Source of the DNA: Vicugna vicugna
Lineage: Eukaryota
Length of the DNA stretch: 64,000 nucleotides
Assembly (NCBI GenBank): GCA_013265495.1
Contig: MU058540.1
Coordinates: 271,696-335,695, forward strand
Direction of reading: 5' to 3'
Shown: piece by piece, positions 47,680-59,424 of the stretch
How the letters are laid out: each line of letters starts with the position of its first letter
Position numbering within the stretch: position 1 is the first letter of the stretch
Program-made: the position numbers and the translations under genes
Notes under the pieces: generated by a model
Seen by the model: only the letters and a program-made list of their open reading frames with translations
Told to the model about the DNA's origin: nothing
Databases searched by the model: none

Positions 47680-49613
47680 ATGGCGTCTCAGCTCCGGCTC
47701 CGCTCGGCTTTGGCCCTGGTCACAGGTTGAGGGGGGTGCTCTCCCAGGGCGGGTTGGGGTGCCGGAGTGATGTTGGGGTGTGCCCTCGGATTCTGCAGCC
47801 TCTGTGACCTCGGCCCCCTGGTCTGAATTTTATTAACTTTGCGCTGTTGACCTCTGCCCCCTGCCCCCTTTCTCTCCCCCAACTCCCGCGTGTTCTCTCC
47901 CACCTCAGGTGCGGGTGGCGGCATCGGCCGAGCAGTCAGTGTGCGCCTGGCCGCTGAGGGGGCCGCCGTGGCCGCTTGCGACCTGGACGGGGCAGCGGCA
48001 CGAGAGACGGTGCGGCTGCTGGGAGGGCCGGGGAGCGAGGAGGGGGCGCCCTGCGGGGCCCACGCTGCCTTCCAGGCTGACGTGTCCGAGGCCGGGGCCG
48101 TCAGGCGCTTGCTGGAGCAAGTGCAGGTGAAAGCTAGATGACCTCGTCCTATTTAAAGCCCTAACGTTTCCTCCACTGCCCCTGGCTCTACATGCGTAAC
48201 CTCCCCGTTCCATAGGCCTGCTTTTCTCGCCCGCCATCTGTCGTTGTGTCCTGTGCGGGCATCACCAGGGATGAGTTTCTGCTCCACATGTCGGAAGATG
48301 ACTGGGACAGAGTCATAGCTGTCAACCTCAAGGTGGTGACCTCTGAACCGTGATTACTGGATCCTCTAGCCTGAAGAGGGAGTTGGAAGACTCACCCACC
48401 TCAGCTGATCCTTTCTACCTTGTTACTTTCTCCCCATCTCAGGGCATCTTCCTAGTCAATCAGGCTGCAGCCCAAGCCCTGGTGTCCAGTGGCTGTCCTG
48501 GCTCCATCATCAACATCAGTAGCATCGTAGGGAAGGTCAGTTTGAGTTGGGATGAGGTCAGCCAGCCAAGTGGGCACAGAGAGGAGAGCCCCTCTTTGGG
48601 AATCTTGACTCATCCCAAATCTCTGGCATACTTATAGGTGGGGAATATGGGACAGACAAACTACGCAGCATCCAAGGCTGGAGTGATTGGGCTGACCCAG
48701 ACTGCAGCCCGGGAGTTCGGACGGTTGGTCTGACACCCTGGGGAACGGGAGGTTTTGCTGAGGCATGTAAAAGGTCTGAGAGCAGGGTCAGTGTTCAGTC
48801 CATTCTGGAGTCAGCAGCCACTCTCCTTTCTACAGACATGGGATCCGCTGTAACTCTGTCCTCCCAGGGTTCATTAAAACACCCATGATACACAAAGTGC
48901 CTCAGAAAGTGCTGGATAAGGTAGGTGACTGTGGGTGGAAGGCAGAATAATTCAAGGACCCAACCTCTCGGGTTCAGAGAGAGTGCTTGGCACAGTGTCA
49001 GGGAAATAGTCGATACTCAATAACTGTACAAGGAATGAAGACCACAGACTCAGTCTACCAAAAAATCCATGAAAAGAACTTTCACTCACATACGAGTGTT
49101 TCTTTACAGGTGACTGGAATGATCCCAATGGGACGTGTAGGGGACCCTGAGGGTGAGCACTGAGTTGGGGTGGAGGACCCTGAATAAAGCGGTCCCAAAG
49201 TATGTAGTATCTGAGAGGGTCTCACCAGGATTGGTGGTTGGGGGAGAGGTGATTCTCGGGGGGAGGTGATAGCTACTTCAGGTCTATGAGAGTGAGTGGA
49301 ATTCTGCCCCCTCCCCACCATTCCCCTAGATGTGGCAGATGTGGTCGCATTCTTGGCATCTGGAGACAGTGGATACATCACAGGGGCGTCAGTAGAAGTC
49401 ACTGGTATGAGGCCATCTTGGGGAGGAAGAGGGCAGAGAAGTGCAACCCAGATGATATGAGAAAGCAAGTGAGAGGAGTCTGGAGCCACTGAGGGAAGGG
49501 CAGAAGTACTCATGGGCCAGGGACAGAAGTGGGTACCCCCCTCCAGCCTATTTGTCTCCACCTATACATCTGTCCAAATGTTTCTGCCCCTCCCAGGAGG
49601 TCTTTTCATGTAA
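47680..49613 (+). CDS. HSD17B8: 17-beta-hydroxysteroid dehydrogenase 8 / Ke6 (9 exons, 259 aa)
   Basis: Exons 47680-47725, 47909-48126, 48216-48332, 48443-48535, 48638-48723, 48836-48920, 49110-49152, 49330-49404, 49597-49613 (780 nt); SDR motifs TGAGGGIG and YAASK; AATAAA at 49763-49768. Confidence 0.97.
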
Positions 49614-50719
49614 CTGCCTCAAGGACCCTGGACTCTGCTCACACCCCCACCGCTCTGCTTGGCCTCCTGCTGCTGAGGACTCTGAGTTCCCAGGCTACAA
49701 AAGGGGTGGCAGTGTATGGCTCAGGAATGCTGAATATGGGAGGCAGGGGTGCTTGTGACCCTAATAAATTCCAAATCCTCTTCCCTGCCACCTCCGGTTC
49801 TTCTTGTGTCCAAGCCCTCAGACCCTTCCCTACCTCCCCCTCCTTTCCCTTTCCCGAAGGATTGTTCCCTTTCACTGCCTGGTCTCCCAGGGCAACCCCC
49901 GCCGCCGGGTGTGAGAGAGTGTGTCACTGTGTGTGCGTGACACTCTGGGTCTTTTGGAGGGAGGGGTCTCTGACCCACCCCCTTCCAGTGATCTGCAGAC
50001 CCAGTCCCCTCCCCCCAATTCACCGGGTCCTTTCGGTCCCCAAGGGTGATTTGTTCTTGGCCCCATCCTGGTGTCCTGTCTAGCCTTGGGAGGGGGTCTT
50101 GGAACAGGTGGCCCCCTCCCCCACCCCTCTCTTTTCTCTGAGTTCCCCCCCCCCTTCTCTCCACCTTACAATAGCTGCAGCCGGCCTGGGGTCGGATGGG
50201 GGGGATTAGGGGAGGGGGCCAGGATTAGGGGAATGGACCAGCCGATGAAAGGGGCTGGAGGAGAGCAGAAGGGAGGGGGCTGGGAGGAGGAGGAGGAAGG
50301 GGAGGGGGTCCGCGCTAATCGACTCTGGAGCCCACATAAGGACTGGCCACGGACTGAAGGAGAGGACAGGGAAGTAGGGGGGAACTGGGGGAGGGGGCGA
50401 GGGGACCCACTGCTGCCTTATCCCAGAAACAGGCCACCCCCTGGCAGTTGCAGCCTAAGTCTGGGAGCCCCAGCTCAGGCTGGAAGAGACAGGACGCCCA
50501 TCACGGTCTCTTTCCCACCCCCCTCATCCCGTATCCCTCTCATCCCCTGCCCTCAATGGGGATCGCTCTGCCCCTTCCTCTTCTCTTTCCTCCCCATCCC
50601 CTTCCTTTACCGGAAAGTCCTGGAGGAGGCTTCTGCCCGCTTCCCACTCCAGATATTCAACCCCTTGTGCCCCACCTCAACCTACACGCGCACACCCCCT
50701 CCCCGATAGTGGCCCCATC

Positions 50720-50724
50720 TTGTG

Positions 50725-50756
<32 letters not shown>
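50720..50756. repeat. (TG)n microsatellite just upstream of mir-219
   Basis: tgtgtgtgtgcgtgtgtg... directly visible. Confidence 0.9.
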
Positions 50757-50757
<1 letters not shown>

Positions 50758-50812
50758 CCCTGCTTCCGCGTGGTGTCTCCATTCCCCCGTACCTCCCGTG
50801 CGCCTCCCTTCC

Positions 50813-50920
50813 CCGCCCCGGGCCGCGGCTCTTGATTGTCCAAACGCAATTCTCGAGTCTATGGCTCTGGCCGAGAGTTGAGTCTGGACGTCCCGAGCCG
50901 TCGCCTCCAAACCTCGAGGG
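50813..50920 (+). ncRNA. MIR219A1: microRNA mir-219a-1 precursor
   Basis: 5p arm TGATTGTCCAAACGCAATTCT (50833-50853) and 3p arm AGAGTTGAGTCTGGACGTCCCG (50874-50895) pair into a hairpin; expected position between HSD17B8 and RING1. Confidence 0.97.
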
Positions 50921-51269
50921 GAGAGCGGGTCGGAAGGTCTAGGGAGAACCAGAGTGGAGGGTGGAGCAAGTCCCCAGGGTGGTAAGGGGAATCCCAGGCA
51001 CATCGGGACTTAGTTACGTTCACAGGACTGGAGGACTGAAGCGGCAGAGGCTCCGTTGCAGCTATTTTTTCCCACCCGGAATCCCGGGCTGGGGTTATGA
51101 AGTTCTGCGTGGGGAGGAGGGGAGCCGTTCCCCAGAGCCTCCAGGGGACGCGGAGTGGGGGAGGTGGCCCCTTTTCCAATTCCCTCCGTCCCCTCCCGGG
51201 GTCCGAGCTATCCCAGGCCCCGCCCTCTGGAGCGGAGGCCCCGGGTGGGGGCCTTGGGAAGGGAACGGT

Positions 51270-51510
51270 GGGTAAGGTTGGCCGCGCGACATTGCTGACC
51301 AGGGGACGGAGACTGCGGCCCCCACGTGGCGCGCTACTCCGGGGACGCCGGCTTCTCACGGGGGGCGGGCGCGTCCCGAGGGCGGGGTCAATCGGGCATC
51401 CACGTCGCGTCCCACCCGCGCCGCGAGTGGCGGGTGACGTCTCGGCTGGCGGTGGGTGGAGTGGAGTGGAGGGGCAGGCGGAAGTGACGTAGGGCCCTAG
51501 CGCCCGGGCC
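51270..51510 (+). promoter_or_regulatory. RING1 CpG-island promoter
   Basis: E-box ccacgtgg, GC boxes, ETS-CRE composite cggaagtgacgt (51479-51490); non-coding exon 1 ends at the donor 51636/GTGAGG. Confidence 0.75.
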
Positions 51511-51808
51511 ATGGCGGCGGCGGCAGCGGCGGGAGCTGCTGTTTGAGCAGCGGCTGCGGATCAAGCGAACTCGGCCGAGGAGCCCGGGCCCCGGGAAAGG
51601 CGCTGTGGCAGCGGGAGCGCGGACGGCTGGAACCGGGTGAGGGGCCGCGCCGGGGCGGGGTGGCGGGAGGAGGGAGGGAGCCTCGAGAGGGCGGGGTCTG
51701 CGCGAGGGGCGGCCCCCCTAACACCCTGCCTCCCCTTCCCCCACTCCCCAGCCTACCCCTTCTCCTCCTCCGCGGTGGAGCCCTGGTGGGGGTCTGTGCC
51801 CGGTCACC

Positions 51809-54719
51809 ATGACGACGCCGGCGAATGCCCAGAATGCCAGCAAAACGTGGGAACTGAGTCTGTATGAGCTCCACCGGACCCCGCAGGTGACCCTTTCACA
51901 ACTTACTCCCACTCCCCAAACCCCTCTATCTACAGAGCCCTATCTCACAGCCTCTTTTCCCTTTTTTGCCCTATTCTGACCCTGCCCGATTTCACATTCC
52001 CTTGCCCTACCTTTGAATCACCTTAACCTTTCAAAGCACTTTCACATTTATCCCACTTAATCCTCAAAACAGAGGCGGACGTAGAGCAAGTAATTAGAAG
52101 CTTCATTTATAAGATAGCAAACCGACAGAAACTATCTTTTATGTTCCTCAGTCCAATGTCATAGATCAGTGCATTTAAGACTCACCTTGGGAGTTTATTA
52201 AAAATGGAGCTTCCTACCTTGCCCCCCGCTCCCACTAACATTCTGATACAGTAATGGGGTGGGGCCCCAGAATCTGCATTTTTAACATGTACCCTAGAGG
52301 ATTCTGAAACAGGTAGTGCCAGGATCACACTGTTAAGAAACTGTGTTGACTAAGTCTTCCCCACATCACAAATCTGTGCCACGCCCATCCCCAGACCTAT
52401 CACCAAACCTCAGATCCTCCTATTTCAAAGCTCCTACTCTTAGAATTACCACCTTCCTCAAGCGGCCAACATGGGGTGCCCAGATTCTGTCATCTTACTG
52501 TATTTCTCAAAAGTCCAATTCATGGACCGCTCGTTTCTAAAACCCCTTCCTCACTAACCCACCACCACCTTTCCACTCATCGATGCCTCCAGGAAGCCAT
52601 CATGGATGGCACAGAGATTGCAGTTTCCCCCCGGTCACTGCATTCAGAACTCATGTGCCCCATCTGCCTGGACATGCTGAAGAATACGATGACAACCAAG
52701 GAGTGCCTCCACCGATTCTGCTCTGACTGCATTGTCACGGCCCTGCGGAGCGGGTAACAGGAGGGACATGTTTGAGATGGGGAAGGGTACAGAGTTGGGC
52801 CCTCAATGCCCTCCCTGGTGACTGCTCAGGGCTTTCTCTCTCCTACCCCAGGAACAAGGAGTGCCCTACCTGCCGAAAGAAGCTTGTATCCAAGCGGTCT
52901 CTGCGGCCAGACCCCAACTTTGATGCCCTGATCTCTAAAATCTATCCCAGCCGGGAGGAATACGAGGCCCACCAAGACCGGGTGCTCATCCGCCTCAGCC
53001 GCTTGCATAACCAGCAGGCTCTGAGCTCCAGCATTGAGGAGGGGCTGCGCATGCAGGCCATGCACAGGTTCGGGGGGCCAGAAGAAAGGTGGCAGCAGGG
53101 CTGGTGGAACAGATCTGTGGAACAGACTCCTGGTGCTGTCTTTGCTCCCCACCAGCTTCTAAGCCTTAGCATCCTAAGTGTTGACCACAGTCTGATTGTC
53201 AGGCCTGGAAATCATGGATGTAAATTGTACCTTCTTAGTTAGCAACTGGTACTTCTATTCGTAAGAAAATAGCTAACCTAATTTTCTGAACAGTAGAGTG
53301 ATTTTTTAGCATAAGCTCTGGGTTCACATTGCTGGGAATTAAATGACTTCTTAGGCTACCATCACTCAGCCTTTAACATGTATTCATATGATGGGGGGTG
53401 TCTTGTTAAAAATGCCAGTTCTGCTTTAGTAGGTCTGGAGGTGGGCCTGAGTCTAAACCCCTTATCCTTGGTGCTTTCTAACCTCAACCACTTGCTTCCA
53501 TAGGGCCCAGCGTGTGAGACGGCCGATGCCTGGGTCAGATCAGACCACAACGATGAGTGGAGGGGAAGGAGAGCCTGGGGAGGGAGAAGGGGATGGAGAG
53601 GACGTGAGCTCAGACTCCGCCCCTGACTCCGCCCCAGGCCCGGCTCCCAAGCGACCCCGTGGAGGGGGTGCAGGGGGGAGCAGTGTAGGGACAGGGGGAG
53701 GAGGAACTGGGGGGGTGGGTGGGGGAAGGGACACTGGGAGGGGGAACCCTGGGCCCCCCAAGCCCTCCCGGGGCCCCCAGTCCCCCGGAGCCAGGTGGAG
53801 AAATTGAGCTCGTGTTCCGGCCCCACCCTCTACTTGTGGAGAAAGGAGAATACTGCCAGACTAGGTGAGAGCCTTGTCTTTCCCCAGACCACTGAGAAGC
53901 CAAAGATCCCATAATCTTCCATCAGACGTCGCCATTGCCCAAACCCAGAAAGAAAACCTCACTGAGAGGCCCTTTTGGAAATGCCCTACTTCCCTTCTCC
54001 ATTGCGGCTTCTTGTGCCCTAAACCTGCCCTCTTTGCCACTCCAGGTATGTGAAGACAACTGGGAATGCCACAGTGGACCATCTCTCAAAGTACCTGGCC
54101 CTGCGCATTGCCTTGGAACGGAGGCAGCAGCAAGAGGCTGGGGAGCCAGGAGGGCCTGGAGGGGGCGCCTGTGATGCTGGAGGACCTGATGGGGGTGGTG
54201 GGGAGGGTGGGGGTGCCGGAGGAGGTGACGGCCCTGAGGAGCCTGCCTTGCCCAGTCTGGAGGGTGTCAGCGAAAAGCAGTACACCATCTACATCGCCCC
54301 GGGGGGCGGAGCTTTCACGGTGAGACCCCTGAGGGCAGCTTGTGAGAGGGGAGAGGAGGGAGGGTGGCCTTGGGCAACAGAACCCCATCCTGACCTCCTA
54401 GACCTCCTAACTGACCTACACTCTTCGCCCTGTGTATTTCTCATCTCCCTTCTCTGTCCTTTCTTCTTCCCCATCATCCACGTCCTGCTTTGCCCCATTT
54501 ATCATTCCTTTTTCTTTCCTCCTCCCTTCGTCACATTTTGCCTCTCATTCATGTCCTTTACCATCTTTTCCAACTTACATTTCTCTTCCCCCTCTCTGTC
54601 TTCCATTTCCTCTGTAGACATTGAATGGCTCGCTGACCCTGGAGCTGGTGAATGAGAAGTTCTGGAAGGTGTCCCGACCACTGGAGCTCTGCTATGCCCC
54701 CACCAAGGATCCAAAGTGA
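51809..54719 (+). CDS. RING1: E3 ubiquitin ligase RING1 (RING1A, PRC1); frameshifted in exon 5 as assembled
   Basis: Coding exons 51809-51886, 52593-52753, 52852-53067, 53504-53864, 54046-54319, 54618-54719; [22 protein letters not shown] and RAWUL ..[19 protein letters not shown] at 55096-55101. The frame breaks at ~53727. Confidence 0.95.
52165..52345. mobile_element. MER5-like hAT element in RING1 intron 2
   Basis: tcaccttgggagtttattaaaaatg...ggggtggggccccagaatctgcatttttaaca...ccctagaggattctga...ggatcacactgttaagaaac. Confidence 0.7.
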
Positions 54720-55479
54720 CCCCACAAGGGGACAGCCAGAGGATGGGGACTATGGGGTGTCCCTGTGTCCTGGCCCATGACCCCAGCTTTTTTGTCCCCC
54801 AGTGCCCCCCCAACCCAGCCAGCCAGCAAGAGGACACAAATGAGGACAAGTGGCTTTTATACAAAGTATCTATATCAGATTCTTCTATATTGTACAGAGT
54901 GGGGTGTGCGCCCCCATCTACTGCCTTTTCTATTGCCCCCAACCTCCCATCTACACCAGATGTTGGGGAGGGTGAAGTGAAGAACCCTCCTCTTCATGTC
55001 CTCCGACCAACAACAACAAATTTGCTTTTTTTCCTCTTTGAAACCTGCGGTTCTGTGTCTTTTTATCAGGGGTGTACTAGAATGAGAGGGAGAAAAATAA
55101 AGATCCGGGAAGGAGCCATAGAAATCGTGTAGAATCAGCCTTGGAAATGGAGGAGAAATGTCAGAGGTTATTCGTGATGTGTAAATCCCATTTTCCTGAA
55201 CCTCCAAATCAAATGCGTTCGAAAATAAGAAGGAACATCTTTGAAGCTGAATGAGACAGGATGAAAGCAGAGAACTGTGAAGGCAAATCCCAAACTTATC
55301 CCCTATAACGTGAATAGCCCCGGCTGAAATCTCAGGGAAAGCAGGAGAGTTACTGAGACGTGCTTGTAGACGTGACAGGCCTGTGATGCTTGAAAGGGGA
55401 TTAATTCCTCATCCTTGTGAGAAGCTGGTTTCTAAAACAGGTTAAGAAAAGAGGTGGTAAGGTGGGAGAGCTTGGCGAC

Positions 55480-56620
55480 ATCTCGGTCCCCCCTGGGAAA
55501 CCTCCCGAAGAAGGCGGGCAGGACCGGGAACTACAGTTCCCAGGAGTGCGCGAGCCGGTGCCGCCGAGCCGCGGGGTCCAGTGGAGGGAGGGCCGCCCGG
55601 GACTTGTAGTTCTGTGCTTGTCCCAGCAGTGACTTGAGTGCAGAGGGCTGGGGGCGTCCAGTAAACCCACTGCTGCCTCCCGGCCTCGAGTTCCGCAGGC
55701 CGGCCTGGGGGTCTGGGGCCCCTGGCTGCGCGCCGCGTCCCGAGCAGGGCGGGGGTCGGGGAGGAATCGCCTCTCCGAGAGGGACTGGCGCTCGCTCCCG
55801 CGCCCCCCCCTTCAGTCCCTCACTTCCTGTTTCCGTTGCCTTTCGTGCCCCCCCACCTCGAAGCACCCCAAATCCCTGCGACTCAATCATTGCGTCTCTG
55901 CCCTCCTGGCGGAGGAGTCAGCCTCCGGCCCGGGGGCACCCCAGGCCACGCCTGGCATTTCTCGTTTGTTTCCCTCGCGCCCAGTATTCTCGGTACTGTG
56001 GACGCAGGGAGCACCCTCCCGCCCCTGCAAGCTCTGCAGACCCGGTCACCTGCATTCACCCCGAGACCTCCTGCCCTGCAAAAATAGACAACACCCACTT
56101 CACCCTTGAAGGACCCCCTGTTTAGCCCCGCCTCCCCAGCCCTGATCCTGGCTCCCCTTCCCTCCAACCCTAGGTATCCAGAGGGGTGACGCTCCCAAGA
56201 TGTGAGGGTGGGAGGAAGGTGGGCGTTGCTTCTGGAGTTTCAAGGGAAAGAATCAGCTGGGGAGGAGTCGGGGGAGACACCAAGGTGGAAGCCGAAGAGA
56301 ATTGAGTGAACCTGGCTTCTCTTCTGGTTCTAGGGGCTGCGGAAGCGTCACCCCCTCACTCTCCATGTTCTCGCCAGCGCTACCTGACCCATCAGCCTCT
56401 TCTGCCAGTCCCCCCCCCCGCCCCGCCCTCTTGCTTCACTCTGGAACCTCCTGCGGTCCCTGGTCCCCTGTCTCTCTCCTCCTAGGGCCCCGCGGTCCCT
56501 CTTTAGTCCCCACTTGACACCTCCGACCCACCGTCCCGACCGCTCCTTATCACACTTCTCCCGTCCCTCTCTGCTGCGAGTGCCCTGTTGCCCGCCTCTG
56601 CCCTCGCGACGGTCAACTTC
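55480..56620. promoter_or_regulatory. CpG island with two opposed ZNF143/THAP11 (ACTACAnnTCCC) motifs and ETS sites
   Basis: actacagttccca (55530-55542, +), actacaagtcccgg (55597-55610, -), cacttcctgtttccg (55821-55835). Confidence 0.7.
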
Positions 56621-57730
56621 GCAGGCATGCCTGTTTATTTAGGTGATACCATGTAAGTGACATACAGAACTGTTGCTCTAGGTAAGTCTCTCCTACACAC
56701 AACAAAGAAAAAAAACTACCCAACCAGACCAGGCATTCTCCTTCCGAACAATGCAGGCAGAAGAAGGTGCTGGGGTAGGGTGGAGCTCCCCTGGGTTAGT
56801 TCCCCAAGTCCTTCAGCCTCTGTCAGTTAAGCCTACATATATGGGTCTGGCAGAGCAAGAGACACAAAGTAGACAAAAGGGAATGTGACTGTTTTGTTGA
56901 GGGGCAAGATATAAGTAGAAGAAGAACCCAAAGGAGCAAGGTGGGGAAAGGTTGGGGTCCAGATCTTTGCCCTACCACTTACAAACCAAGCCACTGTGAA
57001 TGAGAAACTGGAGGTGAGGCCAGCAGTTGTATTGTAACAAGTCCTCCGTGCGCAGAGGCCCAGAACCACTGCAGTAGATACCCTGATCCTTAGAGGATGA
57101 AGGGCACGTGCCCCCTGCAGGAGGGGTGCCAGGCCTTGGGGTCCAGGGCGTCACTGGTAGCCTCAGGGGGGAGGGGAAGAAGTTGGAGGCGGGGTTTGAG
57201 GCGGCTGGAGGAAAGGAGGGGAGCCTCTCTCGCCCGTACTCTCCCCCTCATTTTATCTCCCTCAGGCTTCTCAGTCCCCAAACCACAGCAGGTTATGTGG
57301 GCAGAAGCTGAGCCCTGGAGCCCAGGGCCACAGAAGCCTGTGGAGACCCCTGCCCAGGTGAGGACTATCTCTGAGGGCCCTCATGTTGCCTGGCAGCCCT
57401 CAAAACCCTGGCAAACTGCTCACAGGAAAGTTGTGCCCTGGGCTTCCCCACCGCGGGGATAGGGGGCGGGGAGGTGAGGAGGAAAGGGATGTGGTCACTC
57501 TTTCAGTGGGGGAGGGGCCTGCCCCTCCACCTCAGTCTCTCTGCCTACCCCCCTCCTGGCTGTGCTCACCTTCTTCCCCCTCCCCCCACAGGCTGGGAGC
57601 AAAGGAAGAGGAGGAGGAGGACAAGGCAGAACAGACCTCCAGCTCCCCATCTACTGTGGCACCCTTGACCCCTCGGCTGTCACACTGACCCTTCCTCACC
57701 TCCCCTACCAGTGGCCCCAGCCCCCACCAC

Positions 57731-58190
57731 AAAACCTTTGTCCTACATGGAATGTGGAGCTTCCTCTTCCCAGCACAGCCCGGTCCACTTGAATGAGTTG
57801 CCCTTTTCCTGCCCGCAAGGTGGGAAGTGCTTCAGCGAAGGGCCCACCTGACTCTGTCCCTGCACTCTCACACAGGTGACAGGCCCTATTGCTGCGGCCT
57901 CTGTGGCCGTGGCTTCGCTCCAAGCACCCATCTGCCTTGACAGCCAGTCTACACTCACTGGGGAGGACAGGGATGAACACAGCGAGGAGGGAGGGGGACT
58001 GAGGCCAAGTCAAGGCCCCTGTGGCAGTGCCCTCCCCAACCCAACACTCCAGGAAGGCAGAGAGGCAGCCCTGGTCACAGACTCCCTCCACAGCGGAGTG
58101 ACTGCCTCTTCTGTGGGGGGCATAATGGAGCACAGCTCCCCCCTCAACCGACCCAGCCAGAGCAGCTTTCAGCGCAACCACGTTGGGTGA
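57731..58190 (+). pseudogene. Decayed C2H2 zinc-finger array (syntenic with the human ZNF pseudogene between RING1 and VPS52)
   Basis: KPLSYMECG..H, ELPFSCPQGGKCFS, (frameshift) HLTLSLHSHTGDRPYCCGLCGRGFAPSTHLP*, ..TGE: TGEKPY-type linkers with lost Cys/His, a stop and frameshifts. Confidence 0.75.
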
Positions 58191-59424
58191 TCAGAGCGTC
58201 TCACCTGGACCTACTCAAAGCTGGAATAGCAGGCCCATCTCACTCCTGATCCAAAATCTAATTCCCAAGGAAAAGAGCTTTTCCTGTTTCTCAGAAAGGA
58301 ATTTCTACTTCCAATCTCCTGTCCTCCATCTGAGAAGTCTAACCAGGCTGTCTGGGACATGCCGCCATCACGGATGGATCCGATTCACTGGAATTTTCGT
58401 CAAAGGATTATTTTAAAATGATAACTGAATCCCCAGAGATCTCTGTGACAATCCCCACCATCAAATCCTAGTCGCACACTGATCCCACCCAACCCCATCA
58501 CTTTGCCCAGAGGCTGCTGGGCGCTTCTCGAATCCAGTGCTAAAGGTACACCCAGCACCCCATCATATGAGGCCATCTTCCTGTGCCCACTTCTGGCCCT
58601 GACTCAGGGTTTTCTATGACCTTCACTGCACTTCACTCTAGGAATAGAGCCCAGAAGGAGGCTGCTCTTTCCAGCGGCACTGGGACCTCTTACTGAAAGA
58701 TGGAAACAGGCAGAGGCATGTATCCAAGTAGAAGGCAGGGAAATGGAGGAGATGGAGACCAGAGGAAGAAGCCAGGGGAGGTTGGAGGAGAAAGTGGAAG
58801 ATTCTGGATGTGGAGAATGTAGAACAGGGCTGTGCTGTGCAGGAGAAGATAGACAAAAAACAAACAAGCAAACAAACAAACAAACAAAAACCTCAGAAAA
58901 ACCTAGAAATATCCTAGGAACAAACATCCGCAGGGGAACTCGTTTCTTCCGTTTACATCTTCCCCAGTGCTGTCAAGGTCCTGAGTTGCTGCTACAAGCA
59001 CTTCCTAGCATTTGCCCTTCTTCTACGAGATTGCTTGCTTAATGTCTTCTTCATGTGCTGGGAAACTGGTTTTGAACAAGAGTCAGCAGGGGGGCCTATG
59101 GAGCATCCCCTCCAGATTGGCACCCTTGGGCCCAGCCTGGCCGTGAGGAGGGCATTGTCATCTTTCATTTTTGTAGAAGGTTCTGCTGCGGGAGTTACTC
59201 CCTTGAGCAACTCCTGCAGTAAATTTATTGCTACTGTTCATGTTAAAGGATAAGGCAGACCTTAGTTCTTGAATTAACTTCCCCCAAAGCATGCTCTTGA
59301 GAACTTGGCAGATTTCTCTCTATGAGGTATCAGAGAGGCTGATCATTGCCACCAGCAGGAAGGAATTAAAGAACCTTAGAGATGAAAGTATCACATGGGA
59401 GGCCTGGTCAGTTTCATCCTTTCA

